A stretch of 64,000 nt of DNA, taken from a virus. Its lineage: Duplodnaviria; Caudoviricetes. Position numbers and translations under genes: made by a program. Below are positions 9,367 through 19,415 of this stretch, piece after piece; position 1 is the first letter of the stretch, and every line of letters begins with the position of its first letter. Location of the stretch: IMG/VR virus record IMGVR_UViG_3300028591_000084; one strand, given 5' to 3'. A model generated the notes under the pieces. It made no database searches and was not told the DNA's origin. It worked only from the letters and a program-made list of their open reading frames with translations.

Positions 9367-11057
9367 TTGGTCAATCTATTATTAACTTATTCGACGGTAT
9401 TATTAAAGGTAATGCACAATTAATTGTAGGCGATTATCAAAGAAGACCAGATTCGTGGCAGAGAATGCAACACAAGAGGCTCTTCGACGATATTATTCGA
9501 TCTTCTGAGAGAGCAGAACGAGGAGAACAGGCAGAGCATTATATCCAGACAGTAACCTTGTTTAGAGGTGAAGGTCGATTAGGGGATCCTTATCAATCAG
9601 CTTATATTGTTGATGGATTGCAGAGAACCACTAATATTTTTATTCTTTGCGCTGCTTTAAGAAATGCTATTCTTAATTCTCCAGAACTAATTAAAGAAGA
9701 CAAGTATAATGACTGTCAAAGAGATCTAAAGAGGCAATTTCTTATTAATTCTGAATCGGGAGAACGAAAATTAAAACTTTATCGTCAAAGTGATGATGAG
9801 ATATTAGATTTTATCGTTCAAAATGATAAGGAAAATCTTGAAAAACTTAAAGAGATTCCACTAATAAAGGTCTACCAATATTACTATAATAGAGCTAAAT
9901 TGGTTAAAAGATCAATCCCTAAGTATTATGAGAAGGGATTGAGAAACTTTACGTGGATTCTTGAAGAGTGTCAATCAGAAAGACAAGCAATAGAACTTTT
10001 CATTGATAAAAACGCTCTACAAAAAGGTACTACAAGCGGCGAAGTGATTCAAGCTAAATTTAGAAATGCTATTATGGATCACTTAACACCTGAAGAGTCT
10101 AAAGAAATAACAAAGCTAATAGATGAAGTAATTGAGTATGAGGAGCTTACGCTTAGTTCCTTTTTTACTGATTTTCTCTACTACAGCTATAATGAAAAGT
10201 ATTCAGATCAAACAACAAAAGAGGTTTATATGAACCTTCTTGACGATCCTGGCGTTGATTTAGTAAGAACTATAAAGAAATTATATTCCTATTATCTATT
10301 TGATAAAGCTTGGAAAGAGAAATCATTTAATCTCGAACCAGCTAAACATCTTCTGGAATCTACCTATACTAAACAATCCTTAAAGGATCTCTTTGTAGAT
10401 CTTTTCAGTGATAAATTTGATGGTAAGTTTGAACTAGGAATGCAGGACAAAGTTCTTATATATAAACTGTGTGAAGCCTATATTATAAGACGAGATGCTG
10501 TAGGTAGAACACAGCACGATAATAAAGTCCTGGCGAAAGTTCTTAGCACTGCGCTAACAGAAGATACTGATTCATATAAAAACCCAGTCGATAAGGTTAG
10601 AAATTTTCTATATAAAAGACCAGGAAAAGAACTGTCCGTCGTCTCTGATGAAGAACTAAGAAAAGAAGGATTAAAGAGTGATGTCTATAAGAATAATGCC
10701 ATGAGAAGACTGACCCTGTGCATACTTCAAAGAATCAATGATAGATTCAGAGTCATCGGGGAACCAAGAATCTATGGGGCTGATAGCATCTCCCTTGATC
10801 ATATTATGTGTCAAAAAAATAATGACAAGAATCCACTCCTGAATATGATCGGAAATCTAACAATTCTTACATCATCCGCCAACTCCCAAATTAGAAATGC
10901 TAAGTTTGAGGAGAAAAGACATCAACTTTATGACCAATCTATATTTAAAATTAATTGGTATTTTAAAGAAAATGAAATTGAACACTGGACTGATGATGAA
11001 ATTCTGAGGAGAAATGATTATATTATTGACCAAGTTATTGATCTCTGGCCAATCTAA
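9363..11057 (+). CDS. gmrSD: GmrSD-like (DUF262 + DUF1524) type IV restriction endonuclease
   Basis: YQR..SW and IVDGLQRTT (DGQQR-like) in the N-terminus; LDHIMCQ...IGNLTIL...NS HNH-type C-terminus. Confidence 0.8.
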   Translation: MIGQSIINLFDGIIKGNAQLIVGDYQRRPDSWQRMQHKRLFDDIIRSSERAERGEQAEHYIQTVTLFRGEGRLGDPYQSAYIVDGLQRTTNIFILCAALRNAILNSPELIKEDKYNDCQRDLKRQFLINSESGERKLKLYRQSDDEILDFIVQNDKENLEKLKEIPLIKVYQYYYNRAKLVKRSIPKYYEKGLRNFTWILEECQSERQAIELFIDKNALQKGTTSGEVIQAKFRNAIMDHLTPEESKEITKLIDEVIEYEELTLSSFFTDFLYYSYNEKYSDQTTKEVYMNLLDDPGVDLVRTIKKLYSYYLFDKAWKEKSFNLEPAKHLLESTYTKQSLKDLFVDLFSDKFDGKFELGMQDKVLIYKLCEAYIIRRDAVGRTQHDNKVLAKVLSTALTEDTDSYKNPVDKVRNFLYKRPGKELSVVSDEELRKEGLKSDVYKNNAMRRLTLCILQRINDRFRVIGEPRIYGADSISLDHIMCQKNNDKNPLLNMIGNLTILTSSANSQIRNAKFEEKRHQLYDQSIFKINWYFKENEIEHWTDDEILRRNDYIIDQVIDLWPI

Positions 11058-11103
11058 ATAAAAAAAAGAGAGTAGTTTAAACGCTACCCTCTTTAATTTT
11101 TTT

Positions 11104-11427
11104 TTACTTTACCTCAATTAGTTTAGCCTCAGTTCCCTGCTTTTTGGGAACTAGTACTGTCAAAATTCCATTCTCAAGACTGGCTGTAATACCTTCTTGA
11201 TCAACATCAACCGGCAAAGTATACCTGAGATTGAACCTATCTTTGAAGGGGCCAAACTTATCAGAAGACTTAATTAGCAAACAATCACGTTCAGTTTTAA
11301 TCTCTAGCTCATCTTTAGTTACTCCTACAGCTCTAACCTCAATAATAAAATTCTCCTCACACTCTCTTACATCTGTTACCGCACTCTCCTTGAAAGTCGG
11401 AAACATAAAATCATTAAATGCTATCAT
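11104..11427 (-). CDS. Hsp20 / alpha-crystallin small heat shock protein
   Basis: LPVDVD..ITASLENGILTVLVPK signature. Confidence 0.92.
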   Translation of the reverse strand: MIAFNDFMFPTFKESAVTDVRECEENFIIEVRAVGVTKDELEIKTERDCLLIKSSDKFGPFKDRFNLRYTLPVDVDQEGITASLENGILTVLVPKKQGTEAKLIEVK

Positions 11428-11458
11428 AATATTTTATCTCCTTTCTATTAACCTCTAA

Positions 11459-11521
11459 TGCAAAAACTATACCAAAGAAAAAAGAATGACAAAATGACAT
11501 AAAGATGTGTCATACTGTCAG
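11459..11521 (-). promoter_or_regulatory. sigma54-type promoter TGGTATAGTTTTTGCA with upstream TGACA/TGTCA boxes, upstream of hsp20
   Basis: GG-N10-GC spacing at 11459-11474 (minus strand); TGACA at 11487 and 11495, TGTCA at 11508 and 11516. Confidence 0.6.
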
Positions 11522-11524
11522 AAA

Positions 11525-11713
11525 AAAAATTTTAAAGCGCACCAACTCCCATTGCTACACTCTTGCTATCACCTAAGAGCTCCACAATTCCATTAATGCG
11601 CTTTTAGACCAACAACTTACTTCTCTTAGCCTACCGATTCTTGCTATTACCTAAGAACCTAATATGCTTAAAAGATCTTTATTATTGATCTCTCTTACTA
11701 TTCTTATTTATTC
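11525..11713 (-). ncRNA. candidate structured ncRNA with two TCTT-AGGTRATAGC-AAGA hairpins
   Basis: 18-nt repeat at 11561-11578 and 11639-11656; upstream AAAGCCTTATATATG promoter motif; closing stem AAAGCGCA/TGCGCTTT and T run. Confidence 0.5.
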
Positions 11714-11792
11714 ATATATAAGGCTTTAAGACGATTTTAAAGGTAGTTTTTGGCCTATTTTTAACCAAAATTTAAAGAAAAATAAAGAAAAA

Positions 11793-12185
11793 TCAAGGTA
11801 AATCCTTGATTTTCCCCAAAAACTCCTTATCAAAGGCGGACGTTTCGGAAATCGCCCAGATCTTACTTGGAGTTTTTATGTATACTTCTGTGAAATGCTC
11901 GATTTCTCGAGCTGCATCACATACTTTACTTATCTCAACATTTCCGTAAATGAAATGCTTAGATAATGTATCGTGTGCGCTACAAACGCCCTCCAACCAC
12001 TCCTTCTCCCGAAAGAATGGTATTTTTTGGTCCTTACCTGCTTTCTCACAAGCGGCCCTTAGTTTCTCTACTCGGGGCAATCCCTGTTTTATTATCAGGA
12101 TGATTTTTATTACCCCAAGGGACTCGGCCCTCTCCCAAATGGAGATAACCGACTCTCTAAATCTTAATTCTTTTGTTTTTTCCAT
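11793..12185 (-). CDS. hypothetical protein, probably early
   Basis: ORF downstream of CTCCTCAAAGCCTTATATATG motif at 12272-12292. Confidence 0.65.
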   Translation of the reverse strand: MEKTKELRFRESVISIWERAESLGVIKIILIIKQGLPRVEKLRAACEKAGKDQKIPFFREKEWLEGVCSAHDTLSKHFIYGNVEISKVCDAAREIEHFTEVYIKTPSKIWAISETSAFDKEFLGKIKDLP

Positions 12186-12297
12186 AACTTGTTGTTGTTA
12201 GGCTCCTTTTTCTCATTCCTCAGGATCGGAACCTACTAATCCCTTGGAAGATAACTTACTACGTTTCAGTTACATATATAAGGCTTTGAGGAGAAAG

Positions 12298-12379
12298 AAG
12301 AAAGAGAGCTATTCATCACGAACGGCTCCCTCTAAAGTAATAAATAAAAACAAATAGGTATTTATATATGTAAGGTTTT
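12298..12379 (-). ncRNA. candidate sRNA cassette D
   Basis: AAAACCTTACATATA, then about 30 nt U-rich, then AGGGAGCCGTTC-GTGAT-GAATAGCTCTCT hairpin (same core as cassette C). Confidence 0.55.
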
Positions 12380-12482
12380 AATGGTTTAATACAGAGTCCG
12401 GTTAAAAATGAAAAGTAGCGATCTTCACAGACCACTACCTTTTGAGAAGGTCCAGGATTTTACTCCCAGACCCAACCAAGTA

Positions 12483-15257
12483 TTAATTAACAACTACTTT
12501 AACTTTTTTCTCTTCCTCATCCCAGTCCGTATTAAACTTATTAACAGTAGTATCTTCTACCATTTTAAGACTAATAGGACCTACAATATACTCAATAATC
12601 TTTCTCTGAAGATCTCTAGCTCCAAAGGTCTTATCACAAGCCTCAATAATTACATCTCTAAGCTTTGGTGAGATCTTGATTGATATATTAGACTTGTTTA
12701 ACTGCTTCTTAATTTTATCGAGCTCCAGAACAAATATCTTCTCCAGCTCTTTCTTTCCGAGCGGATTAAAAACAATAACCTTATTTAGTCGGTTCAGAAA
12801 TTCCGGCCTGAAATAGCTCTTGACGCTCTTCATAACAATATCTTGCGTTCTTTGAGCCTCATCATTTTCTTCGCCTTCCTTACCAAACCCGATCTTAATA
12901 GTATTCTTTAGTTCTTTAGTTCCAATATTGCCGGTAAAGATTATAATGGTATTTGTGAAATCTACTTCTTCACCATTAGCCATTTTTATTTTACCTTCAT
13001 CTAGCATATTAAGAAACAGGTCGAGTATAGACTCATGCATCTTCTCCACTTCATCGATTAGGACAAGTGAATTTTTGTGGCGCCTTACTTGCTCAAGTAA
13101 TGTTCCACCAGCATTATCATAACCAACATATCCCGGAGGAGCACCTATTAGTTTAGAGATTGAGTGGGATTCTTTAAGTTCACCACAATCAATCTTTACT
13201 AAATTCTTCTCTGATCCAAAAAAGTTTTTAGCTAGTTGTTTAGCTATCAGAGTTTTACCAACACCAGAGGGACCAACTTCCAAAATGCTACAAATTGGTT
13301 TTCTTTGATTTCTAAGTCCAAGCGCATTAAGCTGAATCGCCTGAATAAATGTATCAATAGCTCCTTGTTGTCCTATTACCTGTTTTTCAAGCTCTTTCTT
13401 GATTTTAGCTACTTTCTCAGTATCAGTCTGAATAATCTTTTCTACTGGTATTCTTGAAAGTTTTGAAACAGCCAGGGCAACATCACTCTTTGTCACTTCA
13501 AGCCAGTTCTTTCTATTATTAGTCTCCTTGGCTTGAGCTTTTTCTCGTTTATCTAATTCTTCTTTAAGAGCTCGTTCCTCTTTTTGCAATCGATCACCCT
13601 CCTCAAAATCCATCTTTACTGTAACAGCATCGATCTTGTCTTGAATAACCTTCTCTAACTTCTCCTCAAGATCAGCATTAGGATTATCCTTCGAACAAAG
13701 ACTTAAAGATCTCAAAGATACTATAGATCCCGCCAAATCCAGAACATCTATTGATTTGTCTGGTTGATGTCTATCTGAAATATACCTCTCGCTCCAATCA
13801 ACACAAAGTTCAATTACTTCTTTGGTGAATTTTACTTTATGGTATTTCTCATAGGAACTATTAACACCCTTTAGAATCTTTATACACTCTGCTCTGGAGG
13901 GTTCAATAATATCGATCTGTGAAAACCTTCTCTTCAAGGCTGCATCTTTCTCGATATATTTATGATATTCGTCACTCGTAGTTGCTCCTATACACTGAAA
14001 TTCTCCACGCGCAAGATATGGTTTTAAAATATTAGCCATATCACCAGAGCCACTAGAACCGGCATTAACGATATTATGAATCTCGTCAATAAAGATCATG
14101 ACCTTACCTTTATTTTCGATAAGCTCTTTAATGATTTTCTGGATTCTTTCCTCAAATTGGCCGCGATATTGTGTTCCTGCTATAAGATCATTTACGTTGA
14201 GAGCACAGAGACGTATTCCCCTTAAGTTCTTAGGTACCTCATCTCTACTAATTCTTTGTGCTAGTCTCTCAATAATAGCGGATTTTCCACAACCTGCCTC
14301 GCCCGTTAGGATGACATTATTTTTCTTCCTCTTAGTTAGAACCTCTATCATTTGATCTACAATGTCATCTCTTCCGATAACAGGATCAAACTTATTCTTC
14401 TCAGCTAGTTTTGTATAATCAACTGCAAAAGAGTCAAGGATAGGGGTATTACTACTAGGATCGATAGCAGTCCCTGAAAAAGCATTGGATTCTCCAAACT
14501 TCTCAAAAGCTTTATCATCCTCATTTTTTTCATCAATTCCACTGAAGGGAGAACTAATAATTTTCTCTTTCAATTCACCCTCCTCATCACTTTTTTTCTC
14601 AGCTCTCTTTTTCATGAACTCCTCGAAATCAGTGATAGTTGATATAATTTTATCAGCAAAGTGGGGATCATCAGGGCTTGGTATAGAGTCCAGCCAATTG
14701 CTCATTTTATCAAGAGTACCTCCTAAAGTCTTGACTAGTTCTTCATACTCCTCGTCGATAAATTTCTTAACAACTTCAGCAAAATCTTCACCCGTTACGT
14801 CTAAGATCCCGGGAATAACATCAAGTTCCTTATGAAGTAAACAGGAGTAAAGTAAAACCTCGGGAAATAATAAACCATTAAATTTTGGGTAATGTTTCGA
14901 AACTAAATCCGTAGCCTCTTCATAGATGACATCAAGAACTGGACTAAAAGGTATAGGATCATTGGGACCCATAAGACCCTCTTGAATATTTTTATCCAGT
15001 CTAAGCTCAGTCATTTCCTTCTCCTTAACAAGCTCAACATCAATAGCCTGTAAGATCTCAATTCTCTGTTTTGGCGTTAAATACTCAAAATAGATCTTAG
15101 ATAACAAACCCCCACTCTTAAGTAATCCTTCTTTTGTCATAACGAAGGAAGAAGCAATAAAGTTTGCTACAGTAATGACTTTAACATTACTTCGTCTCGC
15201 ATATTCTGATCCAAATTTCAGAATATTTGATAGTTCTTTGCTTTGTGATCTTTCCAT
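12483..15257 (-). CDS. clpC: ClpC-type AAA+ unfoldase (ClpA/B family)
   Basis: DPVIGRD, GEAGCGKS, FIDEIH; GPSGVGKT, LIGAPPGYVGY, LIDEVEK, RPEFLNR; short coiled-coil M domain; KIGFG ClpP-docking loop. Confidence 0.9.
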   Translation of the reverse strand: MERSQSKELSNILKFGSEYARRSNVKVITVANFIASSFVMTKEGLLKSGGLLSKIYFEYLTPKQRIEILQAIDVELVKEKEMTELRLDKNIQEGLMGPNDPIPFSPVLDVIYEEATDLVSKHYPKFNGLLFPEVLLYSCLLHKELDVIPGILDVTGEDFAEVVKKFIDEEYEELVKTLGGTLDKMSNWLDSIPSPDDPHFADKIISTITDFEEFMKKRAEKKSDEEGELKEKIISSPFSGIDEKNEDDKAFEKFGESNAFSGTAIDPSSNTPILDSFAVDYTKLAEKNKFDPVIGRDDIVDQMIEVLTKRKKNNVILTGEAGCGKSAIIERLAQRISRDEVPKNLRGIRLCALNVNDLIAGTQYRGQFEERIQKIIKELIENKGKVMIFIDEIHNIVNAGSSGSGDMANILKPYLARGEFQCIGATTSDEYHKYIEKDAALKRRFSQIDIIEPSRAECIKILKGVNSSYEKYHKVKFTKEVIELCVDWSERYISDRHQPDKSIDVLDLAGSIVSLRSLSLCSKDNPNADLEEKLEKVIQDKIDAVTVKMDFEEGDRLQKEERALKEELDKREKAQAKETNNRKNWLEVTKSDVALAVSKLSRIPVEKIIQTDTEKVAKIKKELEKQVIGQQGAIDTFIQAIQLNALGLRNQRKPICSILEVGPSGVGKTLIAKQLAKNFFGSEKNLVKIDCGELKESHSISKLIGAPPGYVGYDNAGGTLLEQVRRHKNSLVLIDEVEKMHESILDLFLNMLDEGKIKMANGEEVDFTNTIIIFTGNIGTKELKNTIKIGFGKEGEENDEAQRTQDIVMKSVKSYFRPEFLNRLNKVIVFNPLGKKELEKIFVLELDKIKKQLNKSNISIKISPKLRDVIIEACDKTFGARDLQRKIIEYIVGPISLKMVEDTTVNKFNTDWDEEEKKVKVVVN

Positions 15258-15301
15258 ATATCTTTAAAACTTTTACCACTTTTAAGGGTCTGGCTACTTT
15301 T

Positions 15302-16138
15302 TTAGTGGATTTTTATAAGTTTTACTTTAGCTGCATTATCACCACAATCATTAGTAGCTATAATTTGAGATTTATAGTCATAACCACATCCTTTGATGGC
15401 CTTCCAGACAAGACGCATAACATCTCTCCTCTCCTCTTTAACGGGACAGATCAAAGAAGCAATTCCTCTTCTCGCCAATAAGAAAAAGTTAGCGTAAGCA
15501 ATGAAGATCGGTGAGTTATATTGATCTGGCCCTAACTCTTTTTTCAGAAATTCTTTAGCCTCCTCTCTGGAACTTTCACTAATACCAGTTTCGAGGGAGG
15601 TATCTAGATTTATTTCTTCCGGAACAAGAAGCTTATTCTCTCCTATCTCTTGCATTATTGATCTAAATTCTTCGATTTCTTTTATAATACAAGTCTGATA
15701 AGGAGTCTTTGGAATCATATTTTCCAACTCCCTAAATCTCTTTTCTGTAATTATATGTTGGGATATAGACTCTTTGGCCTGTATCTCCCCTAATCTTACC
15801 GCTATAAGAGATTCAAATTTGGTTGAGGGATAGAATGATATTTTATATAGATTCTCAGAAATAATCTTACCCACCAAATTAAAAGTAACTTTATAGGCAT
15901 AAGATGTGTAATTAGAAGAGAATATAATAAGAAACTCAGGCTCCTTATCCATCTTATCAGGCCAATCAATAGGCGTGTCTGACTGAATAAATCTGATATA
16001 CTGAGAAATTCTCTCAATAAACTCTTTAGAGAATAGATCATACTCACTGGATACTTTAATCAATCCACATCCATCTAGATCTTCTAATTCTCTAGTACCA
16101 ATAAACGGATCATTAACGATATTAAATTTCTTAATCAT
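15302..16138 (-). CDS. hypothetical protein
   Basis: 278 aa ORF with GATCCTTACTATTGAC-ATG motif. Confidence 0.7.
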   Translation of the reverse strand: MIKKFNIVNDPFIGTRELEDLDGCGLIKVSSEYDLFSKEFIERISQYIRFIQSDTPIDWPDKMDKEPEFLIIFSSNYTSYAYKVTFNLVGKIISENLYKISFYPSTKFESLIAVRLGEIQAKESISQHIITEKRFRELENMIPKTPYQTCIIKEIEEFRSIMQEIGENKLLVPEEINLDTSLETGISESSREEAKEFLKKELGPDQYNSPIFIAYANFFLLARRGIASLICPVKEERRDVMRLVWKAIKGCGYDYKSQIIATNDCGDNAAKVKLIKIH

Positions 16139-16154
16139 GTCAATAGTAAGGATC

Positions 16155-16823
16155 TTAGCCGATTAAATTATATCCAGGAATATATCTCGCTGAGTAAGAC
16201 GCTATAAGCATTTTTAGTGAGTTACCACCATGTATTTTGATATATCTATGTGAATCAGCCATAACTATAAAAATATTATCCCAATCGTAAATTTTTTTTA
16301 TGAGGTCACAAAATTGATCTTCATAAGTCGTTCCAATATTATTTTTCAGAACATTAATAAGCGGAGAAGAAGGTTCCACCATCTTCTCAAAAAGTGCTAT
16401 TTTTGTTTCAATAAAAGTTCTGAAAAGTGTTCTATCTATCCCAGGTATTGATAAGAATTTCGCTCCATACGAGCCCCTGTCACTACTGGTAAGATTATTT
16501 TTTAAAAAATTCTCAACATCCGCAAGGATACTGTTGAAAGTTATATATTTTCTTGAATTAGGACTTATAAAAAATTCATAAGAAGGGTAGTATCTTTCAT
16601 AACCAGCTTTTACTATAGCGCTCTGGGTAAAATCAAAGAATTTTTTTATTTTATCCTTCTTCGTTAGATAATCTGAACTTTTTAATAATCCGTCAAGATA
16701 ATCCAAATCAGATTTCCCTATTTTATCAAAATAGTTCTGAATTGAAGGTAATAATAATTGTCTTTTAACATCATTAGAAATGAATCTAACAAATCCAAAG
16801 CCAGTATTAAAAAACAGCATCAT
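16155..16823 (-). CDS. hypothetical protein
   Basis: ORF in tightly overlapping minus-strand operon. Confidence 0.65.
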   Translation of the reverse strand: MMLFFNTGFGFVRFISNDVKRQLLLPSIQNYFDKIGKSDLDYLDGLLKSSDYLTKKDKIKKFFDFTQSAIVKAGYERYYPSYEFFISPNSRKYITFNSILADVENFLKNNLTSSDRGSYGAKFLSIPGIDRTLFRTFIETKIALFEKMVEPSSPLINVLKNNIGTTYEDQFCDLIKKIYDWDNIFIVMADSHRYIKIHGGNSLKMLIASYSARYIPGYNLIG

Positions 16824-17455
16824 ATCTTTACGCAGTCCTTTGTTACTAACTTAAATTCTTCAACTCCCTTTTTATAATACCCATAAGATTGTATGATAAG
16901 AAGGGAGTATCTATCATTCCAAGAAGGATAAGACTCCACATCTTTTTTTAATAGGTTTGTAATTCTATCAAAATCAAAAAATTCATTGATTATACTATCA
17001 CACTCCTCATCAATTTTATTACCAAAGTCACTAGTAAAAACACGCACTTGTCTCTCAGGAATACTTTCGAATTGGAGTGCATGTAGCTGCGATCTTGGTT
17101 TATCATCATATCCATAAGGAAAAAAGTGACCAAAATAATTTAAATTGAATCTTAAAACTCTTTCAATTAGGAATCTTGGTGTCAAAAACTTTAGGGAAGT
17201 GAAAATAGGATCATTATAATAAATAGATAAAAGTATTTCATTCTTAATGATTGCTTCTGATTTCCTTTTCCTTATCTCCTCTACCATCTCACTCAAGAAT
17301 CCAGGATCTTTAAAACGTTTATCTACTATAGGTCGGGGAGATCCGCCCATTAAGCCATATACTAGAGAGCTAATATTTTGTGTTAATAGATAATTACATT
17401 TAACCCCCTCTAGGATAAAACAATAGTTTTGGGTTGGTTTTTTGAAGCATCGCAT
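16820..17455 (-). CDS. hypothetical protein
   Basis: ORF in overlapping operon. Confidence 0.65.
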   Translation of the reverse strand: MRCFKKPTQNYCFILEGVKCNYLLTQNISSLVYGLMGGSPRPIVDKRFKDPGFLSEMVEEIRKRKSEAIIKNEILLSIYYNDPIFTSLKFLTPRFLIERVLRFNLNYFGHFFPYGYDDKPRSQLHALQFESIPERQVRVFTSDFGNKIDEECDSIINEFFDFDRITNLLKKDVESYPSWNDRYSLLIIQSYGYYKKGVEEFKLVTKDCVKI

Positions 17456-18051
17456 AATATATCCTGTTTAAAAATATAGGATGATACAAAAAGGGACATA
17501 ATATTATCCCAGACTGACATAAGCTTGAAGGAGGGATCTGGAAACTTCATTATCTTCAAGAGATTTGAGAACTGTAGATAATTATTAAGTCCTATTATAA
17601 ACTCTTCTTCATTAAAGCTAAAATAGTTTGTAATAATTTCAGACCCGATCATATATGAAAATTTGTCTATTGATAAAAATCTATCATTAAGTTTACCATC
17701 AAGTTGAGTATTTATAAGACTTCCCCTAGTAATCAAATCTGTTCGGGCTATTATATCTAAAAAAGAAGTTATAGAAAATACTTTATATCCCAACAAAGAA
17801 TGGTGAAATTTAATAGAAAAAGTAGTACTTTCCTTAGACAATGAATAGTCCTTTGCTTTTTCAGCCAATTTAATCAGATTCTCACTATTAACTTGGTCAA
17901 AAAAATTTGGACTAACACTAAGGGCTAGTTGTCTCAATCGATTAGACATTATATACCTAAAAGTAATCTTCTTGTTACACGAAAGAAGACAAATATCATC
18001 TGACTTTAGTATAAACATTTTAATAACTTTGAGTCTTGGGCGGTACACCAT
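17410..18051 (-). CDS. hypothetical protein
   Basis: ORF in overlapping operon. Confidence 0.65.
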   Translation of the reverse strand: MVYRPRLKVIKMFILKSDDICLLSCNKKITFRYIMSNRLRQLALSVSPNFFDQVNSENLIKLAEKAKDYSLSKESTTFSIKFHHSLLGYKVFSITSFLDIIARTDLITRGSLINTQLDGKLNDRFLSIDKFSYMIGSEIITNYFSFNEEEFIIGLNNYLQFSNLLKIMKFPDPSFKLMSVWDNIMSLFVSSYIFKQDILCDASKNQPKTIVLS

Positions 18052-18058
18052 TTAATTG

Positions 18059-18577
18059 CTACTTGATACTTACTCCAACCCACTCTAAAAATATCCTCTG
18101 AAAATTCTTGAAAGATACTAAACGACTATTGAAATATATAAATCTTCTCGCTATCTCTTGATCAAACTCATCAGTAAAAATATATTTAGGAAGTAAGCTT
18201 ATCATTTCCTCTTTTTCCTTTCTACACTTCATTGACCTAGAGAACGTTAGATACTTTTCGTAATCACTTCTTGTCAAGATCCTAGCATCGTATTTTAACA
18301 ATCCCATTAAGATCTGCTTCATACTTATCACTTTAGGCCCATGGAATAAAGCAATTTCATTAAAAGAAATCCTCACCTCAGAAATATTTATATCTTCATA
18401 TTTTTTACCTTTATTAAATAGTTTCTCTATGGTATCTGGAAAATCTATTGAATTTCTTTCCATATTTATATTAACAGATCTTATTTTCGTTTTTCTCTGA
18501 TTAAAAATAAAAGTTACTCTATCACAATAATTGTTACCACCCCACACGCCAAGCGATCTTGTCTTAACTAAAATCAT
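18059..18577 (-). CDS. hypothetical protein (tandem paralogue of 18574-19104)
   Basis: Shared MILV start and LP.(Y/F)IFTDEFDQEIARRFI.(F/V)NS.LV. Confidence 0.75.
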   Translation of the reverse strand: MILVKTRSLGVWGGNNYCDRVTFIFNQRKTKIRSVNINMERNSIDFPDTIEKLFNKGKKYEDINISEVRISFNEIALFHGPKVISMKQILMGLLKYDARILTRSDYEKYLTFSRSMKCRKEKEEMISLLPKYIFTDEFDQEIARRFIYFNSRLVSFKNFQRIFLEWVGVSIK

Positions 18578-19104
18578 ATTGTATCTTTCATTATTTTAAT
18601 GAGATTATATCTATAAGAGACATTATTCTCAAGTTTCTTCAGGTCAACTAGAACTGAATTAACGAATATAAATCTTCTTGCTATCTCTTGGTCAAACTCA
18701 TCAGTAAAAATAAACTCTGGTAATCTTCCCTTAGTAAGACTATAAACAGGTCTCCCCATGTTAATTACCATATCATAAGAGGCACTAAAGGTTAGGGTTT
18801 GATAGTTTTCTCTTGATATTGGGTCGACGGTACCTCGACTTATCTTTTTAACTATTTGTTGAGTAGATATTAGTTTATAAGGGGACCAATCTACACAAAG
18901 TCTATTAAAACATACTCTTTGATATGATACTGCTGTCTCCATTTGCAGTATTTCGTGTAAAGTTCTTGGTGGTTTTAGTAAAAAAAGTCTTTTATTAACT
19001 CTTATGTCTTTCAATAGCATATTATTTTGATTGAAAGCAAAAGATAAAGCTAAAATTCGATTTGATCCTTTTGCTTGTACATTAACAACATTAACTAAAA
19101 TCAT
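18574..19104 (-). CDS. hypothetical protein (tandem paralogue of 18059-18577)
   Basis: Shared IFTDEFDQEIARRFI motif. Confidence 0.75.
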   Translation of the reverse strand: MILVNVVNVQAKGSNRILALSFAFNQNNMLLKDIRVNKRLFLLKPPRTLHEILQMETAVSYQRVCFNRLCVDWSPYKLISTQQIVKKISRGTVDPISRENYQTLTFSASYDMVINMGRPVYSLTKGRLPEFIFTDEFDQEIARRFIFVNSVLVDLKKLENNVSYRYNLIKIMKDTI

Positions 19105-19158
19105 AATAAAATAAAAGGATTACACATACTCTTTTATAAGTAAGGTAATCCCGTGTTT

Positions 19159-19350
19159 TTAGATACTTCCTGCAGCTTCAGGGTCGAGTCGGCTAAGAAT
19201 TTTATGTAATCTCCAGATCTCTTTCTTTAATCTTTTATTCTCGTCACTAAGTTTATTAAGTCGATTATTAGTTTTCTCAGTTGTATTAACTAAGCTCTTT
19301 ATATTCTTCTCATTAGTTAAAACCTTCTTCTGCATTGACTCATTGGACAT
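19159..19350 (-). CDS. small coiled-coil protein
   Basis: 63 aa heptad-like ORF with A-rich start region. Confidence 0.6.
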   Translation of the reverse strand: MSNESMQKKVLTNEKNIKSLVNTTEKTNNRLNKLSDENKRLKKEIWRLHKILSRLDPEAAGSI

Positions 19351-19415
19351 TTCCGTTAGTTATTTATTAATTAGAATTGGGGGCCACTAAGAACCCCAGT
19401 TTGTATTTTTCTAAA

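Noticed and set aside
12408-12671. ORFs containing MKSSDLHRPLPFE (also 8845-9030) as a peptide family
   Set aside because: They are translations of the reverse strand of the repeated terminator hairpin
12928-14835. Short ORFs antisense to or nested in clpC, nrdD, gyrB and other long genes
   Set aside because: Shadow ORFs with no motifs or promoter signals
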